From Spirochaetota bacterium (GTDB lineage Bacteria > Spirochaetota > UBA12135 > COTS27 > CBDBHE01): DNA of 64,000 nt. The notes beneath the pieces were generated by a model. It was not told where the DNA came from. It saw only the letters and a program-made list of their open reading frames with translations, and searched no databases. The translations under genes were made by a program, and so were the position numbers. Positions 10,207 through 20,982 of the stretch are shown here, piece after piece; the first letter of the stretch is position 1, and each line of letters starts with the position of its first letter. The stretch is taken from positions 640,001 to 704,000 of the forward strand of contig CBDBHE010000007.1 in assembly GCA_965205605.1 (NCBI GenBank). The letters run 5' to 3'.

Positions 10207-11514
10207 TTGATGAATCCAATCGCAGAAAATCTTAATCAAAGCATTATTTCTCAAAATAAAGCTGTTTTTTCTCTTTTTTCATCTTTAGGGAAAAGTCTTT
10301 TCTTCCCTAAAGGAATTATGAGTCAGTCTCAAGAAGCGAAAGAAAAAGCGTTTTTGTATAACGCGACGATAGGCATAGCGACTAATAGAGAAGGGCCCCT
10401 TGCTTTTAAGAGTATTTTAAAATATTTTTCTAACTTAGATAAAAAAGACCTTTTTCCTTATGCGCCTTCTTATGGGTTAAAGCCTCTTAGGCAAGCTTGG
10501 AAAAAACGATTAAATCAAGTTTGTCCTTTTTTAAAAGACCAATCTTTTAGCTTACCTATTGTGACTTCAGGACTGACCCATGGGCTTTCAATTGTGGCGG
10601 ATCTTTTTATGGATGCAGGAGACAATCTTATTTTGCCTAATCAAATATGGGGAAATTACAACTTAATTTTTGGGATAAGGCGTCAAGTCAAACTTGCTTT
10701 TTTTGATTTTTTTAAAAAAAATAATTTTAATCTTGCCGCTTTTGAAGCAGCGATTGACAAACAAGCAATGATCAAAAAAGAAATTAAAATTTTACTTAAT
10801 TTTCCTAATAATCCGACTGGGTATATGATTTCTAAAGAAGCCGCTTTGGGAATTAAAGAAATCTTACTCCGAAAAGCGAGCGTTGGGTTGTCTATTTTAG
10901 TTTTGTTAGATGATGCTTATTTTAGTATTTGTTATGAAAAAGAGTCGTATGAAGATTCTCTTTTTAGTGAGCTTTGCAATTTACATGAAAATCTTTTGGT
11001 GGCTAAGATAGATGGGGTTAGTAAAGAGTTTTTTGCTTGGGGATTTAGAATTGGTTTTTTAACGTATGGGACTAAATCAGCAAAGGAAAATTTGTATCAA
11101 GCTATAGAGTCTAAAACAGGAGGAGCGATTCGAGGCAACTTGTCTAATGTGAGTCTTCCTAGTCAAAGTTTGATTTTAGATTTATTAAATAATAATACGT
11201 ATCAAAATGATTTTAAAAAAAATTATGAAGAACTCAAACAGCGTTACTTAGAAGTCAAACGTGTTTTAAAAACAAATGATTATCAAGATGCTTTCTGGCC
11301 ATATCCTTTTAACGCAGGTTATTTTATGTTGGTGCAACTAAGTGCCGCTTTAAATGCAGAAACTCTTAGAAAAAAACTTTTAGAAAAAGGGATTGGGGTG
11401 ATTGCCATTGGAGACAGAGAGATTCGTATTGCCTTTTCTTGCCTTGAAAAGAAGGTTATAGAATCATTTTTTAATTCAATTTATGAAGTTTGTAAAAGTC
11501 TTTTAAAGAAATAA
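10207..11514 (+). CDS. Class I/II PLP-dependent aminotransferase
   Basis: NFPNNPTGY, DDAY, SKEFFAWGFRIG (PLP lysine). Confidence 0.9.
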   Translation: MMNPIAENLNQSIISQNKAVFSLFSSLGKSLFFPKGIMSQSQEAKEKAFLYNATIGIATNREGPLAFKSILKYFSNLDKKDLFPYAPSYGLKPLRQAWKKRLNQVCPFLKDQSFSLPIVTSGLTHGLSIVADLFMDAGDNLILPNQIWGNYNLIFGIRRQVKLAFFDFFKKNNFNLAAFEAAIDKQAMIKKEIKILLNFPNNPTGYMISKEAALGIKEILLRKASVGLSILVLLDDAYFSICYEKESYEDSLFSELCNLHENLLVAKIDGVSKEFFAWGFRIGFLTYGTKSAKENLYQAIESKTGGAIRGNLSNVSLPSQSLILDLLNNNTYQNDFKKNYEELKQRYLEVKRVLKTNDYQDAFWPYPFNAGYFMLVQLSAALNAETLRKKLLEKGIGVIAIGDREIRIAFSCLEKKVIESFFNSIYEVCKSLLKK

Positions 11515-11517
11515 TTT

Positions 11518-12537
11518 TTACTTTAATAAAGAGCTGACTGATTTTTTTTGATTAATGTTGTAAATGACTTTGGCAAAAAGAGGAGTGCAGTCGAGCTCTT
11601 TATACCAAGGGTGATCTTTAATAAAGTCGTTTCCCCAAAAAACAGCATTGGTACCGATGACTTGATTAAAAATACCTTTTTCAAATGCTTTGTCAAATTT
11701 TTGATAGCTTTTATTGCTAAAAAAAGGAAGAGAAGTCGTAATAAAAACTTGATGGGCTCCTTTTTCTTTTAAAAGTTCACATGCATTGAGTAAGGTGTTT
11801 CCGGTTGCTATCATATCATCGGCTAATAAGACGTTTTTGTCTTTGACATTTCCAACTAATCTCATATTGTCAATGGTTGATTCTTTTGAATAATTTCTAA
11901 CTTTCTCAATAATGGCTAAATCTACCTTTAAATTTTTGGCAAAAAACAATCCTTTTTTTGCAGATCCCACATCAGGAGAAACGACGGTTAAGTTTTTTTT
12001 ATAGTTTGAAAAATTGACATTAAAGTACGTGATTAGAGTGCGGCTAATATGTAAATTTTCTATTTGAAGTTTATCAAAAAAACCTAGAATTGCTTCTGAA
12101 TGTACGTCAAGAGTAATTAATTTTTGGGCCCCTGAAATTTCTAAAAGGTTTCCAAAAAGTTTTGCTGTAATGCCTTCTCTTGCTCTTCTTTTATCTTGTC
12201 TTGAATAAGGATACTGAGGGATAACAGCGGTAATTTGGTAAGGGTCTCCGTAGAGGGCAGCATTAATGGCTGTTGATAACGCAATAATATTGTCATTGAT
12301 GCTCTTTGAAGAAAGAGGGTCATCCATTAGCTGGATAATATACACATCTTTCCCTCGAATGCTTTCATCGATAACCAATTTGACTTCATCATTAGCAAAA
12401 GTAATTTCTGTTGAAGGGGTTAAGTTTAATCGATAAGATTTTTTTTCGTATTTAAGGATTTTATTAACTTCTTCACAAACCAAGTTTGAAAACTTTTTGG
12501 CAGAGTTTAAGGCAATAATCGCTAATTGATTTTCCAT
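11518..12537 (-). CDS. prs: Ribose-phosphate pyrophosphokinase
   Basis: FANDE, PYSRQDK, DVHS, VSPDVG, DDMIATG. Confidence 0.93.
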   Translation of the reverse strand: MENQLAIIALNSAKKFSNLVCEEVNKILKYEKKSYRLNLTPSTEITFANDEVKLVIDESIRGKDVYIIQLMDDPLSSKSINDNIIALSTAINAALYGDPYQITAVIPQYPYSRQDKRRAREGITAKLFGNLLEISGAQKLITLDVHSEAILGFFDKLQIENLHISRTLITYFNVNFSNYKKNLTVVSPDVGSAKKGLFFAKNLKVDLAIIEKVRNYSKESTIDNMRLVGNVKDKNVLLADDMIATGNTLLNACELLKEKGAHQVFITTSLPFFSNKSYQKFDKAFEKGIFNQVIGTNAVFWGNDFIKDHPWYKELDCTPLFAKVIYNINQKKSVSSLLK

Positions 12538-12657
12538 TATTTTATTTTTTATAATATTTAAAAATTAAACAATCAAAGGTTTTTTTTAAAAAATTATTTA
12601 TTAAGTTTTTACTTCTTAGATAGTTTTATTTTGTGATATAGTATAATATTTTTATCT

Positions 12658-15054
12658 ATGCAATATAATAGTTTTAAACGATTTTTTTTTATTACGTATC
12701 TTAGTTTTATTTTTATTTTTGGGGTTTTTAGTGCCTTTATTTTACATTCTTTAGTTAATTTAGGGGGGATTCGAAAACTTGAAAAATACACACCACCGAT
12801 ACCAACAGAAGTTTTGGATATTAAAGGTAGAAGGATTGCTCAGTTTTACTATGAAAAAAGAGAAATTATTGAATATAATGATTTACCAGTTCATTTAGTT
12901 GAAGCTACTTTTGCCACAGAAGATGAACGCTTTGCTTCACACTATGGCTTTAATCCTTGGCGAATGATGAAAGCTCTTTGGAATGACATTATTGCTTTAA
13001 AAGCAGAACAAGGAGGTTCAACGATAACGATTCAGTTAAGTAAGCTACTGTTTTTAAGTCATCAAAAAAAAATTTCTCGTAAGATAAAAGAGCTTTGGTA
13101 TTCGATTCAATTAGAAAAACAATATTCTAAAAAAGAAATTTTACTTTTTTATTTTAATCAAATTAATTATGGACATGGGTGTTATGGGATTAAAGTAGCA
13201 GCTAATTTTTTTTTTAATAAAAAAATAGGTACGCTTGATCTTTTGGAATCGGCTCTTTTAGTGGGGATTCCAAAATCGCCTACTTATTATTCACCTTTTC
13301 GTTTTCCTAAATACTCTATGAAGCGTCATCGAGTGGTGCTTTATAGTATGCTTAATAAAAATATTATTACCAAGCAAGCTTTAGGGGATCCTTATCTTTC
13401 GTTTTGGAGAAGGTATACCACTCACTTTCTTTCTCCTCAGTCAAGTGTGTCAGATACGGCTGAAAATCATGCACCCTATTTCATTGAATATATTAGAAAA
13501 AAACTCGAAAAAGATTTAGGAAAAAGAGTGCTTTATCAAAAAGGACTTAAAATCCATACTACTTTAAATTTAGATCATCAAAAAGTTGCTCAAAAAACGC
13601 TTTGGAATCAATTAGAAAAACAAAATAAGTTTGATCTTAATAAGATTCGGGCTTTAAATGGAGTCTTTGAAAGAGATTTGTACAATTCTCTCACACATTG
13701 GTCTCAGCTGCTTAATTTACCTAATATTAATGTAGGCCCGACGTTGCATAAAAGAAATATGCAAAAAAAGTTGACAGCTTACATCAAATCTTTAAACTCT
13801 TTAAGTCTTTTAACAGGAGTTAATAAACTCAACCATTTTTTAGAACAAGTAGAGCTTGACCCTCAAGTCAATTTAGAAGAAAAAGTTGAAGGGTCTTTAA
13901 TTTCTCTTGAGCCTTCCACAGGGTATGTGACGACGATGGTGGGAGGCAGTGGTTTTAATTATAATAATCAATTAAATCGTTCTGTACAAATAAAAAGACA
14001 AATTGGTTCTATTATCAAGCCATTTGTTTATGGAGCAGCTATTGATAAAAATTTAATTCACGCCAGTACCATGATTGTGGACGAACCGATGGCTTTTGGA
14101 GAAATAAAAGAAAAAGATGGACAATATTATATTCCTAAAAATTATACAGGTAGTTACTTAGGTAAGATCTCTGTTAGAGAAGCCTTAAAAAAATCAGTGA
14201 ATGTTTGTGCTGTTAAAACGCTTTATAAAATAGGTCTAGATGATGCGCGTCATTATGCAGCTCGAATCTTTAGATCTTTTACCGATCAGGATATGAATGA
14301 AAAATTCCCAAAAGATCTTACAATGGTTTTAGGGTCTGGTATTTTTTCTCCTCTTTCTGTTGCAACAGCTTACGCAGTGATTGCCAATGGAGGTAAAAGT
14401 GTGGTGCCTAAGACGATTCGTTATATTACAGATCGTAATGGAGAAATTATTAGAAATTATGAAGCTTTAGGCAATCAAGCTGAATTTGAACAAATTATGG
14501 ATTCTGCCACGGCTTATATTCTTTATTCGATTTTATCCGATGTGTTTAAGCCAGGAGGGACAGCTTATAGACCAGCCCTTTTAGATGGATATCGACATTA
14601 TAATTATTCTTTTGGTAAAACAGGGACATCGAGTAATTGGAAAGACGCTTGGTTTGTTGGAGCCAATCGCCATTTAAGCACTTGTGTTTGGATTGGGTAT
14701 GATAGTGGTAAGTCTTTAGGCCAAGGAAGAGCAGGGGGAAAAATGAGTGCTCCTGTTTGGATTGAATATCAAAAAGAAATTCTAAAAGAAAAAAAACCAT
14801 TAATTGTCAAAAAACCAAAAAGTGTTGTTACAAGACAAATTTGTCGTTATTCGGGTCTTTTAGCAGGGCCGTATAGTCAAGAAAGAGATCTTTTTTATGA
14901 ATATTATAAAAAAGGAACTGAGCCTTTAAAATATTCAGAGTATCGCTACAATCAATTTAGAGAAGAGCTTCGATTTCAAAGAATTATTAGTCGGAAAAAA
15001 AAACCGACTTCGGATGTGAATCGATTTTTTTCAGTCATTAAAAATCGAAATTGA
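12658..15054 (+). CDS. mrcA: Class A penicillin-binding protein 1A
   Basis: N-terminal TM; transglycosylase EDERF and GGSTITIQL; transpeptidase SIIK, SVN and KTG. Confidence 0.92.
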   Translation: MQYNSFKRFFFITYLSFIFIFGVFSAFILHSLVNLGGIRKLEKYTPPIPTEVLDIKGRRIAQFYYEKREIIEYNDLPVHLVEATFATEDERFASHYGFNPWRMMKALWNDIIALKAEQGGSTITIQLSKLLFLSHQKKISRKIKELWYSIQLEKQYSKKEILLFYFNQINYGHGCYGIKVAANFFFNKKIGTLDLLESALLVGIPKSPTYYSPFRFPKYSMKRHRVVLYSMLNKNIITKQALGDPYLSFWRRYTTHFLSPQSSVSDTAENHAPYFIEYIRKKLEKDLGKRVLYQKGLKIHTTLNLDHQKVAQKTLWNQLEKQNKFDLNKIRALNGVFERDLYNSLTHWSQLLNLPNINVGPTLHKRNMQKKLTAYIKSLNSLSLLTGVNKLNHFLEQVELDPQVNLEEKVEGSLISLEPSTGYVTTMVGGSGFNYNNQLNRSVQIKRQIGSIIKPFVYGAAIDKNLIHASTMIVDEPMAFGEIKEKDGQYYIPKNYTGSYLGKISVREALKKSVNVCAVKTLYKIGLDDARHYAARIFRSFTDQDMNEKFPKDLTMVLGSGIFSPLSVATAYAVIANGGKSVVPKTIRYITDRNGEIIRNYEALGNQAEFEQIMDSATAYILYSILSDVFKPGGTAYRPALLDGYRHYNYSFGKTGTSSNWKDAWFVGANRHLSTCVWIGYDSGKSLGQGRAGGKMSAPVWIEYQKEILKEKKPLIVKKPKSVVTRQICRYSGLLAGPYSQERDLFYEYYKKGTEPLKYSEYRYNQFREELRFQRIISRKKKPTSDVNRFFSVIKNRN

Positions 15055-15079
15055 CTTTTTTAATGCCTATGACTACAAT
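15051..15079 (+). promoter_or_regulatory. Sigma70 promoter for aceE-aceF-lpdA
   Basis: TTGACT-17 bp-TACAAT. Confidence 0.6.
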
Positions 15080-15218
15080 AAAAAACAAGTTTTTACTTTT
15101 AAAAAGAATCAATGAGTGTTTTTTGTTAAAAAAAGTACTTTTTTTGATTTTTCAAATTAATTTTTTGTTTGAAACTGAGTTATTTTTAAGCAAGTAGGCT
15201 AAACTGTTTTAAAAAAAA

Positions 15219-17912
15219 ATGAAAGATACGATCAAACAAGATAATTTTGATGCAGAGCAAATTCAAGAATGGGTCGAATCTTTTAGATCCGTTATTAAAT
15301 TCGATGGAATTAATCGAGCTAGCTCTATTTTAAGTCAATTAAAGAATATTTTAGGCAGTGCCTTTAAAAAGTCTAATGAAAGTAATCATATACGCACTCC
15401 TTATAAAAATACGATTCATCGTAATGAAGAACCTGATTTTCCAGGAGATTTGGAATTAGAAAAAAAGATCACCCATATTATGAGGTGGAATTCGATGGCG
15501 ATGGTACTGCAAGCCAATAAAAGCTCAGATGGGATTGGGGGACACATTGCTTCTTACGCTTCTTCGGCAGTTCTTTATGAGGTTGGCTTCAATCATTTTT
15601 TTAAAGGCAATGATGGAGAGGGGACAGGGGATCAAATTTTTTATCAAGGGCACATTACACCTGGTATTTACGCTAGAGCTTTTTTAGAAGGCCGTCTCAG
15701 TGAGAGTCAAATTAAAAATTTCAGAAGAGAGCTTGCTCCAGGAGGAGGATTGCCTTCTTATCCTCACCCAAGACTTCTTCCTAATTTTTGGCAGTACCCA
15801 ACGGTTTCGATGGGCTTGTCTGCAATGATGAGTATTTATTTAGCACGTTTTTATAAATACCTTCAAAATAGAGATTTATTTGAAACCAAAAAGATTAAAA
15901 TTTGGAGTTTTTTAGGAGATGGAGAAATGGATGAACCAGAGTCTTTAGGTTCGCTTTCTTTTGCTTCGTATCAAGGGCTTGATAATTTAATTTTTGTTGT
16001 TAACTGCAATCTTCAAAAGCTGGATGGCCCTGTGAGAGGAAATGGTAGTGTGATACGAGAATTGGAAGGGGTTTTTAAAGGGGCTAATTGGAATGTGATT
16101 AAAGTCCTTTGGGATAGTCATTGGGATGAACTTTTTGAAAAAGATACGAATGATGATTTGAGTAAAATTATGGAACAAACCGTTGATGGGGAGTATCAAA
16201 AATTTTCTATTTCATCTCCTGAAGAAATTAGACAAAATTTCTTTGGAAAATCAGAAGCTACTAAAAAATTGGCTGAAGATTTTAGTGATGAAAAACTTTC
16301 AAAATTAAAACGAGGGGGACATGATCAAAAAAAAGTTTATGCCGCTTATGCCAAGGCAGTTTCTTTAAATAATGGCAAGCCAACAGTGATTTTAGTTAAA
16401 ACCGTAAAAGGCTATGGAATGGGAGAAAGCGGAGAAGGTCGTAATATTGCTCATCAACAAAAAAAAATGAGTATGAATTCTCTAAAAGGATTTCGAGATC
16501 GATTTTCGATTCCTATTTCAGATGCAGATTTAGAAAAAATTCCTTTTTTTGTTCCAGATAAAAATTCTCCAGAAATTAAATATCTTCATCAAAGACGAAA
16601 AGTTTTGAATGGATACCTTCCTATTAGAACAGAGAGTTTTCAAGGGTTTAAGTTGCCAAGTGAATCAATTTATGATCGTTTTTATAAAGGTACTGGTGGA
16701 CGAGAAATTTCAACTACTATGGCATTAGTTCAAGTGCTTTCCTCTTTATTAAGAGATAAAGACTTTGGTCGTCGTGTTGTTCCTATTATTCCTGATGAAT
16801 CGAGAACTTTTGGAATGGAAGGATTGTTTAGAGAATATCGCATTTATTCCCCAAAAGGTCAGTTGTATGAGCCCGTTGATCAAAAATCACTTCTTCCGTA
16901 TAAAGAATCTAAATCAGGGCAAATTTTGGAAGAAGGCATTACAGAAGCAGGATCTGTTTCTTCTTTTATTGCCTCGGGGACTTCGTATTCACATTTAGGA
17001 TTTGTAACGGTCCCTTTTTATTTTTTTTACTCGATGTTTGGCTTTCAGCGAGTGGGGGATTTTATTTGGGCTGCTTGTGATATGAAATGTAAAGGATTTT
17101 TGATTGGAGGGACGGCAGGGAGGACTACCTTAAATGGAGAAGGCCTCCAACATGAAGATGGTCATTCTCCTATTTTAGCCTCTACATTTCCAACGATTCA
17201 AACTTATGACCCTGCTTATCATTATGAAATTGCTCTTATTGTTAAAGATGGACTTAAACGGATGTATGTTGATCAAGAAGATATCTTTTATTATTTAACG
17301 GTTTATAATGAAAATTATGCTCAAATCCCTATGCCAGATGGATGTGAAGAAGGTGTTTTAAAGGGAATGTATAAACTGAAAAAATCAACGCTTAAAAAAG
17401 ATGATTTGAAAGTCCAACTTTTAGCAAGTGGTGTTATTTTACAACAAGCTTTAAAATCGATTGAAATCCTTGAAAAAGAATGCCAGGTTTCATGTGATTT
17501 ATGGTCAGTGACTTCTTATAAGCTTCTTCGGGAGGAATCTTTGGTTGCTGAGCGTTATAATCGATTTCATCCAAATGAAACCCCCAAAAAATCGTATCTC
17601 CAAAATCTTGTAGAAAATGAAAAAGGGATTTTTTTAGCAGTAAGTGACTACATGTGTGCCCTTCCTAATATGGTTGCTCCTTGGATTCCAGGGGGGCTTG
17701 AAGTTTTAGGGACAGATGGGTTTGGAAAATCTTCTAGTCGAAAAGAGCTTAGAGATTACTTTGAAGTTGATGTCGGTTCGATTGTTTTAGCAGCTCTTTA
17801 TGGGCTTTACAAAAAAGGAAATATTGATCTTTCTTTTTTACAAGAAAAAATGAAGGATTTTAATTATGATGCAAACAAATCATATCCTTTAGACTTTATT
17901 CAGGTAAATTAA
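15219..17912 (+). CDS. aceE: Pyruvate dehydrogenase E1, homodimeric type
   Basis: GGHIASYAS, SYPHP, GDGEMDEPE (ThDP motif), GEGLQHEDG. Confidence 0.97.
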   Translation: MKDTIKQDNFDAEQIQEWVESFRSVIKFDGINRASSILSQLKNILGSAFKKSNESNHIRTPYKNTIHRNEEPDFPGDLELEKKITHIMRWNSMAMVLQANKSSDGIGGHIASYASSAVLYEVGFNHFFKGNDGEGTGDQIFYQGHITPGIYARAFLEGRLSESQIKNFRRELAPGGGLPSYPHPRLLPNFWQYPTVSMGLSAMMSIYLARFYKYLQNRDLFETKKIKIWSFLGDGEMDEPESLGSLSFASYQGLDNLIFVVNCNLQKLDGPVRGNGSVIRELEGVFKGANWNVIKVLWDSHWDELFEKDTNDDLSKIMEQTVDGEYQKFSISSPEEIRQNFFGKSEATKKLAEDFSDEKLSKLKRGGHDQKKVYAAYAKAVSLNNGKPTVILVKTVKGYGMGESGEGRNIAHQQKKMSMNSLKGFRDRFSIPISDADLEKIPFFVPDKNSPEIKYLHQRRKVLNGYLPIRTESFQGFKLPSESIYDRFYKGTGGREISTTMALVQVLSSLLRDKDFGRRVVPIIPDESRTFGMEGLFREYRIYSPKGQLYEPVDQKSLLPYKESKSGQILEEGITEAGSVSSFIASGTSYSHLGFVTVPFYFFYSMFGFQRVGDFIWAACDMKCKGFLIGGTAGRTTLNGEGLQHEDGHSPILASTFPTIQTYDPAYHYEIALIVKDGLKRMYVDQEDIFYYLTVYNENYAQIPMPDGCEEGVLKGMYKLKKSTLKKDDLKVQLLASGVILQQALKSIEILEKECQVSCDLWSVTSYKLLREESLVAERYNRFHPNETPKKSYLQNLVENEKGIFLAVSDYMCALPNMVAPWIPGGLEVLGTDGFGKSSSRKELRDYFEVDVGSIVLAALYGLYKKGNIDLSFLQEKMKDFNYDANKSYPLDFIQVN

Positions 17913-17913
17913 A

Positions 17914-19476
17914 ATGTTAGAAGAAATTAAATTAGAAAATTTAGGCGATGGTCTCGAAGGAGGCATCGTGAGTGAACTTTTCATTAAAATAGGAGATAAG
18001 ATTAAAAAAGATTCTCAGATTTTAGAGTTGGAAACGGATAAAGCCGTTTTACCCATCCCTGCTAGTCAAAGTGGGGCTATAAAAACAATTCATGTTAAAG
18101 AAGGGGATCAACTTAAAATAGGTAGCTTGCTATATACTTTAGAGGTTTCTGCTATGCTTAAAGAAAAAACCTCTTCTGAAAAAACAGTAATAAGTGTTAA
18201 AAATGAAACCTTAATACTCCCTGATTTGGGTGAAGGCATTGAAGGAGGGATTGTTTCTTCAATAGAAGTCAGTCTTGGAGATCAAGTCAGTGAAGAACAA
18301 TCATTGTTTGAGCTTGAAACAGATAAAGCTTCTGTTGTAGTTCCTTCTAAAAAGGCGGGAGTGATTACAGAAATTTTAATTAAAGAAAATCAAGAAATTA
18401 AAGTGGGTGAGCCAATATTTGTTTTACAATTCACCCCTTCTACCTCTTTAGGGACACTTCTTAGTGAGGAAAGCGAAGAAGCACTAAAATCCCCCCCTCC
18501 TTCTATTGAAAGTGCTCCATTACCTCAAAATAAAGGGATTTCTCAAGTTATGGTTAACACGACAAATGTAACCATTGCTGCAGGCCCTGCAACAAGAAAG
18601 CTAGCCAGAGAGCTTGGTGTTGATCTTAAAAATGTAAAGGGAACCGCTAGAGGAGGGAGGATTGTTTTAGAGGACGTTAAACAGTATGTTAAGTCTACTT
18701 TAAGTGGCAAAACACCAAAACAAACTTTCGCCACAAAAGAAATGATTGATTTTTCTAGTTTTGGAAAAGTTGAAAAAATTCCCTTGTCTAATCTTAGAAA
18801 AAAAATTGCTAAAAATTTGTCTTTTTGCTGGCAAAATATTCCCCATGTTCACCAGTTTCAAGATATTGATGTGACTAAAATAGTTGACTTTCAAAAAGAA
18901 AAAAAACTTGAATTTAAAGAAAAAGGAAGCATGATTAGTGTGACGTCATTTGTCATTGAAGCGATGGCGATGGTTTTAAAAGAAGAGGCGTTTGCAAGAT
19001 TTAATGCTTCTTATGATGAAGGGGAGGAAGAGATTATTTTTAAAAAATACGTGAATATTGGAGTTGCTGTAGACACTCCTGAGGGACTGATTGTGCCTGT
19101 GCTTAAGAAAGTTGATGAGATGAATGTTTTTAATATTGGAAAAAATTTAAAAGAACTAGCAAAAAAAACTCGAGAAAGAAAAGTTCATCCTGCAGATCTT
19201 AAAGGAAGTTCGATGACTTTATCCAATTTAGGCGGTATTGGGGGGACTTTTTTTACTCCCATTATTAATTGGCCCGAAGTGGCTATTTTAGGAATCGGCA
19301 GAAATACAATTAAGCCTTATTTTATTAATGGTAAATGGGAATCTAAAAGTATTTTACCCACTGTTTTAGCGTATGATCATCGTGTTATTGATGGAGCGGA
19401 TGGGGCTCGATTTATTGTGAAGCTGACGGAAATCCTTGAAAATCCTGATTTTAATCGATTGGGACTGCCTAGTTAA
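17914..19476 (+). CDS. aceF: Dihydrolipoamide acetyltransferase E2 with two lipoyl domains
   Basis: Two ELETDKA lipoyl motifs, E3-binding AGPATRKLARE, catalytic DHRVIDG. Confidence 0.95.
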   Translation: MLEEIKLENLGDGLEGGIVSELFIKIGDKIKKDSQILELETDKAVLPIPASQSGAIKTIHVKEGDQLKIGSLLYTLEVSAMLKEKTSSEKTVISVKNETLILPDLGEGIEGGIVSSIEVSLGDQVSEEQSLFELETDKASVVVPSKKAGVITEILIKENQEIKVGEPIFVLQFTPSTSLGTLLSEESEEALKSPPPSIESAPLPQNKGISQVMVNTTNVTIAAGPATRKLARELGVDLKNVKGTARGGRIVLEDVKQYVKSTLSGKTPKQTFATKEMIDFSSFGKVEKIPLSNLRKKIAKNLSFCWQNIPHVHQFQDIDVTKIVDFQKEKKLEFKEKGSMISVTSFVIEAMAMVLKEEAFARFNASYDEGEEEIIFKKYVNIGVAVDTPEGLIVPVLKKVDEMNVFNIGKNLKELAKKTRERKVHPADLKGSSMTLSNLGGIGGTFFTPIINWPEVAILGIGRNTIKPYFINGKWESKSILPTVLAYDHRVIDGADGARFIVKLTEILENPDFNRLGLPS

Positions 19477-19494
19477 AATTTGGTTTTGATCGAT

Positions 19495-20910
19495 ATGAAT
19501 ACTAATAAAGTTGATTTAGTGATTATTGGAGGTGGCCCAGGGGGATATGGGGCTGCTTTTTATGCAGCTGATAAAGGTCTTAATGTCACTCTTATCGAAC
19601 GCCATAAAAATTTAGGGGGTGTTTGCCTGAATGTGGGTTGTATCCCTTCTAAAGCTCTTTTGCATTTAGCTTCTTTTAAAGAAAAAGCAAATAAAGTTAA
19701 AGAGCATGGCATTATTTTTGACCAAATTCGCATTGATTTAGATAAGATTAGAAATTTTAAAAACTCGGTGATTGATAAAATGAGAATAGGTTTAAACCAA
19801 TTGTCAAAAAATAGAAATATTCGTCTTATTAGAGGAGAGGCTAGTTTTAAAGATAGTCATACACTCCAAGTTGAACAACAAGGAGGAGAAAAGCAAATCA
19901 TTTTTTTCGTTCATGCCATTATCGCGACTGGTTCTTTACCGGTCGTCCCAAAGGCTTTTCAATTAGACTCAAAAAGATTAATTGATTCTACCGATGCTCT
20001 TGAAATCAGTGATATTCCAAAAGAATTACTCATTGTTGGTGGGGGAGTCATTGGTCTTGAAATGGGACAAGTTTATAGTTCTTTTGGGTCTAAAGTCACC
20101 ATTATTGAAGCTTTAGGCGATATTGGAGGAGGTGTTGATAGGGATTTATTACGGATTCTTAAAAAAAAACTTTTGACTTGTTTTCATGAGATTCATGTCA
20201 AATCATTGGTTGAAAAAATTGTCGATAAGGGAGATTTTCTTGAGGTTCATTATAAAAAAGAAGGAAATGTTTTCCAAAAAAACTTTGATAAAGTTTTGCT
20301 TTCCATTGGAAGAAAACCTAATGCCAATCACTTAAAACTTGAAAATACTAAAGCCCAAAAAAATTCAAAGGGATTTATTAAAGTAGATGCACAAATGAAA
20401 ACAGATGACTCTCATATCTTTGCAATCGGTGATGTGATCGGAAACCCGATGTTGGCTCATAAAGCCAGTCGAGAAGGGCATATTGCCGTTGAGGTCATTT
20501 TAGGTGAAAAAACCATTTGGGATCATCGAGGTATCCCTTCTGTTATTTACACTGATCCAGAGCTTGCTTGGGTAGGCCTTACAGAAAATGAAGCAAAAGA
20601 AAACAATCTTGATTATAAAACAGGTAGTTTTCCTTGGTCTGCTTCAGGAAGAGCTTCTGCGGTTTCTTCTAACGATGGTTTGACTAAGATTCTTTTTGAT
20701 CCAAAAACAGAGAAAGTCTTAGGGGTGGGCATTGTTGGTTATAATGCAGGTGAGCTTATTGCTGAAGGTTGTCTTGCTTTAGAAATGGGTGCTGTTATGG
20801 CAGATATCACAAATACCATTCACGCTCACCCTACTTTAGCGGAAACTTTTATGGAATCAGCCGAATCTCTTCACGGCATGGCAACTCATATTTTTGCAAA
20901 GAAAAAATAA
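19495..20910 (+). CDS. lpdA: Dihydrolipoamide dehydrogenase (ATG at 19495 preferred over TTG at 19480)
   Basis: GGGPGG, CLNVGCIPSK, HAHPTLAE. Confidence 0.96.
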   Translation: MNTNKVDLVIIGGGPGGYGAAFYAADKGLNVTLIERHKNLGGVCLNVGCIPSKALLHLASFKEKANKVKEHGIIFDQIRIDLDKIRNFKNSVIDKMRIGLNQLSKNRNIRLIRGEASFKDSHTLQVEQQGGEKQIIFFVHAIIATGSLPVVPKAFQLDSKRLIDSTDALEISDIPKELLIVGGGVIGLEMGQVYSSFGSKVTIIEALGDIGGGVDRDLLRILKKKLLTCFHEIHVKSLVEKIVDKGDFLEVHYKKEGNVFQKNFDKVLLSIGRKPNANHLKLENTKAQKNSKGFIKVDAQMKTDDSHIFAIGDVIGNPMLAHKASREGHIAVEVILGEKTIWDHRGIPSVIYTDPELAWVGLTENEAKENNLDYKTGSFPWSASGRASAVSSNDGLTKILFDPKTEKVLGVGIVGYNAGELIAEGCLALEMGAVMADITNTIHAHPTLAETFMESAESLHGMATHIFAKKK

Positions 20911-20982
20911 TTTTTTTTTTCTTTCTTTTCTAATTTTTTAAAGGTTCTTTTTTCTTTTGGTCTTCTTAAATGAAATCAATGA